64,000 nt of DNA from Octopus vulgaris (lineage: Eukaryota), in contig OX597816.1 in the NCBI GenBank assembly GCA_951406725.2, positions 19,654,001 through 19,718,000 on the forward strand. Direction: 5' to 3'. Under the pieces are notes generated by a model. That model searched no databases, was not told where the DNA came from, and saw only the letters and a program-made list of their open reading frames with translations. The stretch's first letter is position 1, and each line of letters opens with the position of its first letter. The translations under genes were made by a program, and so were the position numbers. Below are positions 1-12,156 of the stretch, one piece after another.

Positions 1-1641
1 CTTGGTAGCAGTGGTTTCCGACTCTTCATCTGATTCAAGGTTAACGTCTAGTTCCCTTTCGAACTTATAAGCTTCCTTGACAATAGAATGCAGCTTTTTG
101 CTGCTTTCGTGTTCGCACACAAGTCGCAGCATCCAGTCCTTTGTACTAGATAGGTACCTGTTCATTCCTACAGTAGAGGTCTTATAGCACAGCTCTAATT
201 GCATCATTCCTCTCCCCCGCTGCTTCTAGGTAGGTACAAGCGGTCTACATCTGCCTTAGGGTGGTGCATGCTCTTGGATGTCAGTAACTTTCTTGTCTTC
301 CTGTCCAAGCGTTGGAGTTCCGTAAGGTTCCAGTTAATGATGTTAAAACTGTACTGGACTACTGGAAGTGCCAGGGTGTTAATGGCCTCAATGCAATTTT
401 TGGAGTTGAGTTCAGTCTTCAGTACAAGCCTTATTCTCCTATAATATTCCTTTCTTATCTTTTCCTTCATAGTAGCATGATGTATACCATCTCCTTCGTT
501 GATTCCTAGGTATTTGTAACTTTCTTGTGGGTCAAGTTCCTTGATGGTAGTGTCAATATCTAATTTAACAGAAGCTGTTTGCCCGAGCTTGCCTCTTACA
601 AAAGTTGCTTTAGCACACTTATCAAGACCAAAATCCATCCCGATATCATTGCTAAACTCTTTAACAGTTGTTAGCAGCCCTTCTAGCTCTTGGTCATTCC
701 TGGCAAACAGCTTTAGGTCGTCCATATAGAAAAGGTGGTTTATTAACTTACTAAAAACTTTGTACCCATATCTGGTACTATCCAATTCGTTTGAGAGTGG
801 GATCAGTGCCATGCAAAAAAGTAATGGAGAGAGGGAGTCACCTTGAAAGATGCCTCGTTTGATGTTGATGCTATTGGACTGGCTCATCCCATTACTATGG
901 CTTAGAAAGAGACGTGTGTTCCACATGGTCATGCTATTCTCTAAGAATTTTGAGACGACAGGAGAGATCTTGTATATCTCAAGGGCCTTGAGTATCCATT
1001 TATGTGGGACACTGTCATACGCTTTCCTGTAGTCTATCCATGCCATACTCAGGTTTTTGTTTTTGCTCCGGCAATTCTCTACAATCATTCTGTTTATGAG
1101 CAATTGGTCTTTGCACCCATAAGAGTTTCTTTTACAACCTTTTTGAGCTTGTGGAAGGATAGAATTTTGTTCAAGGAAAGCGTACATTCTCTCCGCTATT
1201 ATGGATGTGAGGATTTTGTAGGTGGTGTTGAGACATGTTATTGGCCGGTAATTCTTTGGGTTTTTTGTGTCTTCGGTTTTAGGTAATAGGTAGGTGGTTC
1301 CTTCAGTCAGCCAAGCAGGTATTTGCTCTGGGTTCTGAATGACATCAGACAGAGATGCAGCGAGATTTTCGTGTACCTCTGTCAAACAATTCAGCCAGAA
1401 GTTAGGGATCCGATCCAGTCCTGGGGTTTTCCATTTATGAGCCTTCCTAAGGACACACCTTAGCTCCTCTATTCCTATTGCTTCCCATTTCTGTTCTTCA
1501 AGTTCATCCAGTCTCTCTTTCTCACGTTCTATCCAGTCAGCCTCAGCATTAAACTCTTTTTCGTTGCTCCATACCTTCTTCCAGAACTCCTCCACTTCCT
1601 CAATCTTAGGTGGATCTTCTATGTGTATTTTATGTTTGCCA

Positions 1642-1642
<1 letters not shown>
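1..1642 (-). mobile_element. 5'-truncated non-LTR retrotransposon, Dong/R4-like (RLE) clade; continues past window start
   Basis: ORF 204..1595 carries RT motifs PGLDRIPNFW, NYRPITCL, QKGCK..GCKDQLL, WIDYRKAYDSVPH, RGIFQGDSLSPLLF, HLFYMDDLKL and YKYLG. After a 1-nt frameshift in the G-run near 214-218 the frame stays open to base 1 (GRGMMQLELCYK...DWMLRLV...). The 5' end abuts (AAT)n at 1643. Confidence 0.9.
204..1595 (-). CDS. Reverse transcriptase domain of the RLE-type LINE (partial, frameshifted at its 3' end)
   Basis: 463-aa ORF with a full set of non-LTR RT motifs including YMDD. Confidence 0.9.
   Translation of the reverse strand: MEEFWKKVWSNEKEFNAEADWIEREKERLDELEEQKWEAIGIEELRCVLRKAHKWKTPGLDRIPNFWLNCLTEVHENLAASLSDVIQNPEQIPAWLTEGTTYLLPKTEDTKNPKNYRPITCLNTTYKILTSIIAERMYAFLEQNSILPQAQKGCKRNSYGCKDQLLINRMIVENCRSKNKNLSMAWIDYRKAYDSVPHKWILKALEIYKISPVVSKFLENSMTMWNTRLFLSHSNGMSQSNSINIKRGIFQGDSLSPLLFCMALIPLSNELDSTRYGYKVFSKLINHLFYMDDLKLFARNDQELEGLLTTVKEFSNDIGMDFGLDKCAKATFVRGKLGQTASVKLDIDTTIKELDPQESYKYLGINEGDGIHHATMKEKIRKEYYRRIRLVLKTELNSKNCIEAINTLALPVVQYSFNIINWNLTELQRLDRKTRKLLTSKSMHHPKADVDRLYLPRSSGGEE

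Positions 1643-1690
<48 letters not shown>
1643..1690. repeat. (ATT)n microsatellite flanking the LINE 5' end
   Basis: Direct reading. Confidence 0.95.
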
Positions 1691-1691
<1 letters not shown>

Positions 1692-1816
1692 AATTATTAG
1701 TATTCCATTTGTTCATGATGTACAAGTATATATATGTGTGTGTGTGATTTTTGGGTGCATAGGCACATAAGGTTTAATACTTATTAATATTATATTTATT
1801 AGTATTATACTATTAT

Positions 1817-2220
1817 AATACTAATACATCTAATACCATTGAAGTAGAGAGTAATAATTATATTAGCACTAAATTTAAATCTAGAAATGAACCTCCGTAT
1901 AATACGGAACTACAAACATTAGAGGATAATATTTGGAAAGTGGTAAAAAACATAGAACTTTATAAATACCCTTATAGACATAATAAATACTTAAGAAACC
2001 TACCTATTAGAATTAAGGAATTGAGAAGTTCTGAAGGCATTATAGTACAATTATATAAAACTAGAAAATTGTATAAACTAAATATAGGAAACATACGATA
2101 GTCTATTAGAGAAAGAAATTAATAAAAAATATTATATAGTTCCAGAGAATATTCTTTATTATTTAAAAAAGACCTATGAAGTTATAATGATGAAATATGA
2201 GATAGATAGTAAAATAGAAG
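1817..2220 (+). mobile_element. Degenerate Penelope-like element (PLE) RT N-terminal fragment
   Basis: Manual translation from 1871: KFKSRNEPPYNTELQTLEDNIWKVVKNIEL...IKELRSSEGIIVQLYKTRKLYKL, frameshift, then YDSLLEKEINKKY...KYEIDSKIE. This follows the PLE pattern FKS..PP...L..FE.D....I.NI / V.ADKTRN.Y / Y..LL...I...Y. Cut by a SINE at 2222. Confidence 0.65.
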
Positions 2221-2221
2221 C

Positions 2222-2470
2222 GGAGGTGCGTGGCCTAGTGGTTAGGGTGTCAGCATCACGATCGTAAGACTGTGGTTTCGAGTCCTGGATCGGGCGACGC
2301 GTTGAGTTCTTGAGCAAAACACTTCATTTCACGTTGCTCCAGTCCACTCAGCTGGCAAAATTGAGTAACGCAGCGATGAGCTGCCATCCCATCCAGCTGG
2401 GGAACACATACGCCATGGAAACCGGGAAACCAGGCCAATGAGCCTAACAAAGGCTTTAAAAGGGCACATT
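2222..2470 (+). mobile_element. tRNA-derived SINE, head type D with tail type X
   Basis: Box A TGGCCTAGTGG, box B GGTTTCGAGTCC, CORE-like TTGAGCAAAACAC. Tail shared with the 12858 copy. Confidence 0.8.
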
Positions 2471-3166
2471 TATTATTTATTTATTAATAAAACAGAACTT
2501 CATGTGCCTATGTACCCACGAACGACACACACATACACACACTTACATATATATATATATATGATTGTGTTTGTGTGTGTGTGTGTGTGCGATTACATTT
2601 ATGCATCAATGTACATTTATTAGGGATATTTCTCGTCGCCGTTTCCGTTTAACAGTTTTCACTCACACTGTATTGGTAGAACCATGATTATGCTAAATTA
2701 CATTAATCTAAGTAATATCTGTAAACAATTTCTAACTTGAAACAACGAGTAATTAAACATGAGAAGAAAGGGTCTTAAATACGCAAATATTGCAAAACAT
2801 TGCACCTGTTACACTCAGCACATTACGTGCTCAGTTTAAAATCCTCATTTGCATTGTTCCAAATTATTCCTATGATATTCCGGTCCAGAGATTTTAGGCT
2901 TATGTCTCGTAATTATAACATATTTGTAATAGTTGGTTGGATGAAACAGCATTTTAAATTTAAGGTCTTAATAGTCGTGCGTGCAGTATTCAAGGGAGTT
3001 TCAAAAGAAAAGGTGATAATTTATAAATTTCCGGGTATTAGGCTGTTTTAAGAGTTAATTACACTGCGAAGTTGTTTCAAATTTCTATGATAAGTTGTAT
3101 TATAAATGGAGGATGTATTATTGGGAAATACTTCTCTTTTCTTTATAATCTTTCAGTATATATATA

Positions 3167-3397
3167 TTTCTTTATTGCCCACATGGGGCTAAACATAGAG
3201 GGGAACAAACAAGGACAGACAAAGGGATTAAGTCGATTACATCGACCCAAGTGCGAAACTGGTACTTTATTTATCGGCACCGAAAGGATGAAAGGCAAAG
3301 TCGACCTCGGCGGAATTTAAACGCAGAACGTAACGCCAGACGAAATACCGCTAAGCATTTCGCCCGGCGCGCTAACGTTTCTGCAAGCTCAGCGCCT
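3167..3397 (-). mobile_element. tRNA-derived SINE family A
   Basis: Reverse complement of GGCGAGCTGGCAGAAACGTTAGC...GTTCAAATTCCGCCGAGGTCGACTTTGCCTTTCATCCTTTCGGGGTCGAT; more than 20 copies in the window. Confidence 0.9.
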
Positions 3398-3413
3398 CTA
3401 TATTTCAGTATAG

Positions 3414-3852
3414 AGGCGCCGGCGTTGCTATGTAGTAAAAAGCTTGCTTCCCAACCACATGGTTCTGGATTCAGTCCCACTGTTTGGAATTTCGGTCAAG
3501 TGTCTTTTAGTATAGCCTCGGCCCGACCGAAGCTTCGTGAGTTGATTTGGTAGACAGAAACTGAAAGAAGCCCGCCGTATATATACCTATGTATGTATGT
3601 ATGTATGTATGTATGTATGTATGTATGTATGTATGTATGTATGTATATGTTGGTGTGTCTTTGTTTGTTACCCCAACTATCGCTTGACAATCTGTGTTGG
3701 CGTGTCTACGTCCCCGTAAATTAATGGTTCGGCAAAAGATACTAGGCTTACCAAAGTACTAGGCTTGCAATGAATAAGTCCTGTGGTTTATTTGTTCCAC
3801 TAAATAGCAGTGCATGGCCGCTGTCAAATGACTATAACAAATAAAATAAGAA
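3414..3852 (+). mobile_element. tRNA-derived SINE family B with internal (TATG)n
   Basis: Homologous to the 8051, 17444, 48715 and 57928 copies; internal microsatellite at the same position. Confidence 0.85.
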
Positions 3853-5116
3853 TAATATATACTGCAGAGAATGTGCGGAAAATATATTTGCAGAAAACGA
3901 CCCAATAACAATCTCAGTAAAAAAGTGTATGATGCGGTATCCGTCGTTTAGAAACCCAGCTTTCAATGTCTCATTAACATAGTGTATTATTACATCATTT
4001 TTAGCCGAAGCCTCATGCATTTGTTAAGGAGATTACGGATGTTTGGAATAGCTTAATGCAGAATTTGAATAAATTTGTTAATGCATTTATTTATGTATGT
4101 ACTATATGGGATTTATAATGTTTTTTGTTGTACAGTAATAAATTATTTCGGTATTCTAGTAATTTGAATGAAGAGAACATTTTAGCGTTTATTAAAGCGA
4201 AACGTTACTGGTATAACATGAAATACTTACTGGCACGATAATATAAAAAAAAAAACTTACGTAGAAAATTATGTAATAAACTATACAAGATTTGAGTTAT
4301 TATAGGAATGTAAAATGTATTAATTCCAGGAGCGTACATTATAATAATGGGAATTGATTATCTTAATGTTCGTTGTAAGGGTTATCATGAAATTCTCAGT
4401 GACAATTTGGATATTATTATTATAGAGGAGCTGCCAATCAGCAGCATTCTGGCAGCCATTCAAAATCATGTCAGGAAAACGGGGATCGTATTTGCAAGTA
4501 AGTAGCTTCAATTATTTGCCATATCTGGAGCCTATAATTTACTGAGTTTAATAACGTCGTCTCATGAATGCTGTAGTATTTCCTCATTGATTTCTGTAAA
4601 ATTCCATCGTACTTTTTTCAGTTCTGCATATAAAAAAAATTCTCTGACACATTGCATCAGGGATGAAATAATAGCTGCCATTTATTCGGTGAATTTAGGA
4701 AATATCGGATGGAATTATAAAAATTATACCACTACATGTAATATCCCAAATGGGTATCTCAATTTTGTTTAGCAAAATTGTGAAACATAACATGGAATAT
4801 TTTATTGATACAACGATACGAATAACAAAAATTTAAAAACAGGAACTGTCAAGTATATCCAACATATTTTTATGCATTAAAAATTTCCCGAACCTATCAT
4901 GATGATGTTTTACGTATCCACAGGTTTCAAAGACTGATGTGGAAATTTGGAATTTATATATAAAAAAATCTAATGATACATTTAGGAGTTTAAGGAAAAA
5001 ATCCTGTTGAGTAAACGTTACAATAAGAATCTGCACGCCAAGTTTATCGAATTGCTTGGTAAGTTCGAACAAATTTGATATGAGAGTGCTTGCAATGTTA
5101 TATTAGTCATGCGATA

Positions 5117-5325
5117 AGGCGTCGAGCTGGCATGATCGTTAACACGCCAGGGGAAACACTTAGTGGTATTTCAACCGTCGCTACGTTCTGGTTTCAAATT
5201 CCGCCGAGTTCGACTTTGCTTTCATTCTTTCAGGGATCGATACGTTAAATACCAATTGTGTATCGGTGTCGATATAATCGACTGCCCACCCATCCCCCAA
5301 AATTTCATTATATTAAGTAAGGAGA
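5117..5325 (+). mobile_element. SINE family A
   Basis: Degenerate copy of the family A head and core. Confidence 0.85.
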
Positions 5326-5471
5326 AGATGGATTTTTTTTTATTAAACTTTATTCTGTAGGATAGGTCAATTCGAATGTTATTCAGAATAAAGTTTAATA
5401 CCAAAACCATTTTCTTGTTTTGAACTCAGAACGTATTACCAGACGAAATACTGCTAAGCATTTCACCCGAC

Positions 5472-6550
5472 ATGGGAAAATTGTTGACAATACATAGAAT
5501 GCACCACTCTGAGGCAGATATAGAACATCTTTACCTGCCAAGAAAAGAGGGTGGTCATGGAATTTTACAACAGGAATTAACAGTGAAGGCTGCCATAATA
5601 GGTCTCAACACCTACCTGACAAACTCTGATGACTGGATGTTAAATCATATATTAAAGCAAGAAAGTACCATGCTAAGTAACATTAGATGCAAAGGAGTAT
5701 CTTGGTGAATTCCAAATACAACAAATTGCAGAAATAGATGTACTAAAACAAGCATAGAAAAATCTAAGCGCATGAAAACCCGTGCTAAGACTTAGTCTTA
5801 CTGATAAATGGCAAGAAAAACAAACCTCTCAATGACTAATACCCAACAGAGCTAATAGTGCCGATGTTGTCAAAGCCCTTACCCATCAATGATTAGTATC
5901 TTCTGGCTAAAAATCAAAAACAGCCCAGTATCAATGCTTACCTACAAGGAAATACCAGGCCAACATATTAAGAAATGGCAGTAGCCCAACATGTACTTAA
6001 ACAACAAAAAGAAACTATTGATCATATTGTTTCCATATGTAGTCTTCACGCGCCTACAGAGTATCTCAACAGGTATGATCGGGCAGCACAATATATTCAC
6101 TGGGTAATTTGCAAAAATCTGAACCTGCCCCATGATTAAAAGCTGGTGGGAACACAAACCACTTCCAGTGCTTGAAAATGATCTCATCTCATTTGTCTAC
6201 TACTTCACCGTTCAAACTGACAGAAAGATTGATGCAAATAGGGCAGATATTATATTGAAAGACTTCAGACAAATACCATGCTTCCTCATTGATAATACCG
6301 TCCCAATCGACACATGTATCTCTCAAGACCTATGAAAAACTGAGCAAGTATAAATATCTTGAAATAGAAATTGGCAAAATGTGGAAGATCAAGACTAAAA
6401 TAATACCTGTTGTCATAGGTGCCCTAGGAATGATAGCAAAAGGGACTAATTCCTACCTAGTTCAGATACCAGGAAAATCCTAAATGGCCGAAATTCAAGA
6501 TAGCGCTTATGGGAACTGCCTATATCTTAGGTAAAATACTGTCAGTGTAA
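5472..6550 (+). mobile_element. Decayed 3' fragment of a Dong/R4-like LINE (RT thumb plus RLE endonuclease)
   Basis: MHHSEADIEHLYLPRKEGG, EYLNRYDRAAQYIHW, QTDRKIDANRADIIL, KLSKYKYLEIEIGKMW and IIPVVIGALG across several frameshifts and stops. Confidence 0.85.
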
Positions 6551-8050
6551 TCTCAAATTTTGAAACAGAAATATTTAAAAATTAATTAATAGTGAATATA
6601 TAAAATCTACTTTACACCAAATATTTTTATATGTAATGTTTAAATCATTTATTCTTAATTTGGGTCTGACGTCGAGGGAACATGCAGTTAGCTGTTGGCT
6701 TTAAAATCGTATTTCTTTCCCTACAGACTATCTCAAATTAAATGAAAGCTCTAAAGCATAGAAGGCCGTTTTGTGTTTTACAAATATGTATATTTGTTTG
6801 ACTAATTACAAAAATAGAATAGAATAATTCTATATAAATTTATTCATATACATTATATTACATTGTTGACCTAAGTATTTTAAACTTTACACATTAATGT
6901 TTTCAAACTTTTCCTTAGTTTGCCGTCACCTTATACCAATATGATTTAGATATATTTAATTTTGAAAACATAATTTATTGCTATGAGCTAAACAATATAA
7001 ATTTTAACTGCTAAACAATTAAAATCAATTTTTGTTAGTGCAAATATTAGAGAACTCCTTTTGTGACTTTTGTTGCTTGAAAGGTTTCACAGAAACCATA
7101 ATTAAACACACAAATATATACGATATATATCGGTATGCGAAGACTTTCCATGTATTCAGTACGGTGAAATTAATTACTAACATCTTATAGATGATGATTT
7201 ATTCGATTTGGACTTAGAAGGAATGGTTACAATAATTACAGAAAGCAAGCATCGTTCTATTGAGCATCATTCTACGTAAAATACCGCTCTACTGTTCCAG
7301 TGCGATAAACAATGATAAATATATCTTCACGATACACAGTTCATAGTGTAATAGCTCCGTTGTATCTACGTTGAAAATTTAGTATTATGTTCCTGATATT
7401 ATTCCCACAACTTTGTGTGTGTATTTTAATTCTAAATATTCACTTAACATTTTCTGTGCACAATTCTGTACGGTCCACAAATGAATGCATATTCAAGATC
7501 TATATCATCAACGTCGGCCATTGATTGTATTCAAGATATCAGTATGGAAAACATTCTAGACGGTCACACAAATAAATTCACGGCGATATTTTGATTCAAT
7601 TTTGAATATACGCAATTAAAATTGATACATAGATGCGTTGGATTTGAGCTTTTCGGAAATGAATACAATACAGATACGCTCTGTGCCAAAGTTGGGTTAA
7701 ATCAATTACAGAATCCATACAAATGTGTTGGGCATTTATAAGTAAGCAAGTCGTTCAGTGCTCAACAAAATTAATTATTTTCGGGATCATCAATGCAAGA
7801 AACCCAGAGGATGCTATTAACACTGTTAACCTTCCTCATAATTTTAAGTTCATACAGTGACTGAGAACATGCGTTATGAGAATGCGTAATTCCAGTTTTC
7901 CAGTTGCCATCTAAATAAGACATATTACTCGTGACATGTATATCCGACAAAATTGTCATTCACCAGTAAATGTAAAAGAGGGAAAACGCAGTTACCTCCA
8001 TTTGATAAGTTTAAGAATTAATTGATGTTGGAAATACAGAATAAATAATC

Positions 8051-8465
8051 TTTTTACTCTTTACTCTTTTACTTGTTTCAGTCATTTGACTGTGGCCATG
8101 TTGGAGCACCGCCTTTTGTCGAGCAAATCAACCCCAGGACTTATTCTTAGGAAGCCTAGTACTTATTGTACACCGTTCACTTATGCCGAACCGCTAAAGT
8201 ACGGGGAGGTAAACACACCAGCATCGGTTGTCAAGCGATGTTGGGGGGACAAACACAGACACACAAACATATACACACACATACATATATATACATATAT
8301 ACGACGGGCTTCTTTCAGCTTCCGTCTACCAAATCCACTCACAAGGCCTTGGTAGGCCCGACGATATTGTAGAAGACACTTTCCCAAGGTGCCACGCAGT
8401 GGGACTGAACCCGGAACCATGTGGTTGGTAAGCAAGCTGCTTATCACACAGTCACCCCTGCGCCT
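8051..8465 (-). mobile_element. SINE family B
   Basis: Full copy with (GAGTAAA)-type tail. Confidence 0.9.
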
Positions 8466-10307
8466 ACTTTGACATAAGCTTTATCTATGGAAATATATTT
8501 CATTTTTAGATTTGTTTTTCATATAATATGACTTTACTGAAGACCCAATTTAGAATTGTCTCTAGGGTGAAACTATCTCAAATATAAGAAACCAATACGT
8601 TCATGTATAATTTTAGCATGTGACATGAACAATTAGATATATCTCTCGAATGCAAAACGTTTCACTATAGTAAACGAATGGATAATTCTATAACAGATGG
8701 CATGTGTTCTTTTCTTCAAATAATTTTATTTTTGATTGAGAATTGTACTGTATACTAATATTTGACGACATATGGTATTGTCATTCGCTTACGTATTAAA
8801 ATACTTTTCGTTCCTACTACCAACATTTTTTTTGCATCCAACATATACATCCACAATAATATCAAGTGCGTATGTACCTGACCAGTTTATATTTTTTTTT
8901 AATCTTTGGTTTTGGTTCTTTTATTCCGACAAGCTTCAATATAATCTTTGATATTTCCGAAACTATAAAATCAAGAAATTATCTATGTTTCCCTGGTGAT
9001 TACAAAGCAACGCAAAAAGAAAGAAAACAATGCTAAGCGAACAATGACGGTGTAGCATATTATAAATATGATATTTAACATAGAAAGCAACACGTGTTTG
9101 AAATGATGTTAACACGCTTTTCTACATGGTAAAACAATTTCTCTTAGATATTCTCTGTGATGCTAGTTAGTAGACGATAATCGTTTCAAACACTGACTCT
9201 ATATTTAGTATATAATTACATTTCTTTACTTACCAATAACCTTGCTGTTAATATCGGAGCGAATATTTCTGCAAGTTATCACTTGAGAAGAAACGATGTT
9301 CATATCAATGAGATGGTAATTGTTTGGGAATATTTTTTTATAGAAACATTAATCTTTAATATCTTCTATAATTGACTCATATAAGATACGTATACGAACT
9401 TTTTTTTATAGCCTGATATGTTGTTTATGCTAACAAATGGTTTTAACTTTAGGGTGTTTGTTATTCTTTTCGTTTGAAATTAATGATATTCTTAATTTTC
9501 TACTCTGGTTCACTTCATTTGATAGTCAAGATCAACAACTTATTTCCTCATTATCAAAAGATAATAAATAACTGTAAGAAGTGGTTATGAACGAACACAT
9601 ACGCTGCTCTCTAAGGAAAATTAAGTAGTTATATTATAACTTCTTTCCTTACATAGAAAAAGTAATTTTGTAAGTGATTTGTATTCGAAATTCAATTATT
9701 TATCTTAAATCGGAGATTGTACACATAAATTTGTATTTACTACAAGAAATAGGTGCATAAATTTAGTGAAAATTGATGTAACATACACAGTAGATGTTAT
9801 TTCAATTAATATGTTGTTTGATGTCACTTAACTTCATTCTCAGGTAGAACTGGTGACTCAATGCAGTGAGGTCTTCTTTTGTATCGCAAGAGCATAAAAT
9901 TGATCCTGATTCTGTACTGCTTTCATTTGTCACCTGCTGTTCAACTCCCATTCGTCCACTTTTAGCAGATGAGGAAACCACCTGCCAAAAGTAATGCACT
10001 GAGCGTCAAAATTGTAAAATTCAGTTCTTACACATTTGACAATGAAGAAAATAATTCAGAATTATAAATGGTGGCGCGTATTTCAGTGAAGGTTTATTTA
10101 GAAACGGGAGTTTTATATCGAATAACACGAGGTATAGAAACTTTCAGCTCATTTATCAATGAAGCTTGAAACTACGTGGTTTCAAGTTCTGTCCCGCTGC
10201 GTGGTACGAAACACTAATATTTTCTTCTGTAGCTCTGGTTGAATAATAAGTTTTCGGTGAATATGTTATACAGAAACGATGTGTAGAGGCCCCATATATA
10301 TAAATAT

Positions 10308-10632
10308 AGGAGCACACCGTCGGTTACGACGACAAGGGTCCCAGCTGATATGATCAACGGAACAGCTTGCTCGTGAAACTAAAGTGCAAGTGGCTAAGCA
10401 ATCCACGGACACGTGTACCCCTAACGTAGTTCTCAGGGAGATTCAGCGTGACACAAAATGTGACAAGGCTGACCCTTTAAAATACCTGTAAAACCCCTTT
10501 TTGCCAGCTGAGTGGACTGAAGCAGTGTGAAATAAAGTGTCTTGCTCAAGGAGACAACGCGTCGCCGGGAATTGAACTCACGACCTTACAATCGTGAGCC
10601 GAATGCTCTAACTACTTAACCGCGCGCCTTCA
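10308..10632 (-). mobile_element. tRNA-derived SINE, head D with tail Y
   Basis: Head resembles 2222; tail (GTCGTAACCGACGG end) shared with 33736 and 39423. Confidence 0.8.
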
Positions 10633-10682
10633 CATATATAAATATATATGCGCCCGCGCTTGTGCCCGTGTGTGTACATATA

Positions 10683-10968
10683 CGTATGTATGTATGTATG
10701 TATGTATGTATGTATGTATGCATGTGTGTGTATGTATGTATGTATGCATGTATGTATGCATGCATGTATGTATGCATGTATGTATGTATGCATGTGTGTG
10801 TATGTATGTATGTATGTATGTATGTGTGTATGTATGTATGTGTGCGTGTGTGTGTATGTATGTATGTATGTATGTATGCATGCATGTATGTATGTATAAA
10901 TGTATGTATGTATGTATGCATGCATGTATGTATGTATGTATGTATGTATGCATGCAAGCATGTATGTA
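10683..10968. repeat. (TATG)n compound microsatellite
   Basis: Direct reading. Confidence 0.95.
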
Positions 10969-11417
10969 TAAATGTACTTACGTGTGTGAGAATCGAGAAA
11001 TGAGGGTGCGTGTGTGTTCATGAATATATAACTGAACTTGTCTGTGTGAGAATGGAGAAATGTGGGAACCCGCAAAGGTTGATTACACTGAGTGATTTTA
11101 GTGAGTTAAATCCAAAGTTATCCATTAATTAGCTGGTACGTTAATTGCAGACTATATGAACAATCAAACATAATTTGAACATTGTGTTGTTAGGTATTTT
11201 TAGTCAGGGCTACGACCGTTTTAGATGGCTAGACGAACTGTTTCTTCTCTACACAGTAGGTTGCTCTGCATAATCAATCAATTACTTAATCATTTAATTA
11301 TCTTTATTAGTGAAACATTTAGCCCTCTATCATGCAGCTCATACCTTAAATTTATAGCATATTTTCAGTTGCCAGCATTGTACATATGTAGACATACACG
11401 TACATATGTGTACGTGC

Positions 11418-11486
<69 letters not shown>

Positions 11487-11490
<4 letters not shown>

Positions 11491-11655
11491 ATATTAGGGA
11501 ATAAATCCAAATTTACAGGGAAAAATCAGATTTAGGATTGAATCCAATTTTATAGTAGTGGCGAATTTTATTTTATTTAATTTATATTAAATTTTTTTAT
11601 GTATTGGATTAAGTCTTTCTTTGTTTGATTTGCAAAATAGTGGTTTTGTCTCTAA
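11487..11655. mobile_element. Short two-part inverted derivative of hammerhead/PLE-like family H1
   Basis: 11487-11557 matches ~20773-20844 and 11558-11655 matches 24718-24807. Flanked by (TA)n/(AAT)n and (TA)n. Confidence 0.8.
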
Positions 11656-11779
<124 letters not shown>

Positions 11780-11857
11780 CATTTATATACATATATGTGT
11801 GCTTGTAAGCAAGTTAAATCTATTGTACATGTGAATACACACACACACACACACACA

Positions 11858-12072
11858 CGTGACCGCCTGTGTATCGTTGGCGATTTTCTTTCTCCGTCTT
11901 CCCTTCCTTGGACCTTTCCTTTTTCTATGTTTCTGACGAAGAGATCTGCTCGAAACATTAAATCCTCCTTCTTTCTTTCCTTTCCCGAGCGTCCAATAAC
12001 ACTGTACTTGTCCCACGTCCTCACGTTTTTCTGTTTTCTCTTTGTATTTTCATGTTTTTCATGTTTGGATAC
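11858..12072 (+). mobile_element. PLE pLTR-like fragment, family H2
   Basis: Homologous to 62054-62256 (minus strand). Contains a degenerate hammerhead and lies between TA/CA arrays. Confidence 0.65.
11929..11963 (+). ncRNA. Degenerate minimal hammerhead ribozyme motif (H2)
   Basis: guuu CUGACGA a gag aucug cuc GAAA CAUU aaau; two-copy consensus guuu CUGACGA n gagc ucc gcuc GAAA CnUU aaac. Confidence 0.55.

Positions 12073-12156
<84 letters not shown>

Larger units (their letters stand above)
4426..7741 (+). pseudogene. Possible decayed multi-exon gene (candidate exons 4426-4497, 4622-4688, 4924-5058, 6727-6787, 7191-7275, 7633-7741)
   Basis: AG/GT-bounded blocks in unique sequence (e.g. 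ttttttcag, ttctttccctacag, TACTAAC..tag, gtaagt donors) join into one frame of ~176 codons with 3 stops. No recognisable domain. Splice sites were picked by eye. Confidence 0.25.

Noticed and set aside
5008-5010. In-frame TGA as selenocysteine or an edited stop
   Set aside because: The same candidate frame has two TAA stops and no SECIS was seen; decay is the simpler explanation.
9802-9999. Possible exon on either strand
   Set aside because: Plus frames hit stops; the minus frame is open but has a weak donor and no recognisable homology.
10608-11075. HTYI/MYVC-repeat ORFs here, and the YI-repeat ORFs throughout the window
   Set aside because: Translations of (TATG)n and (TA)n microsatellites.
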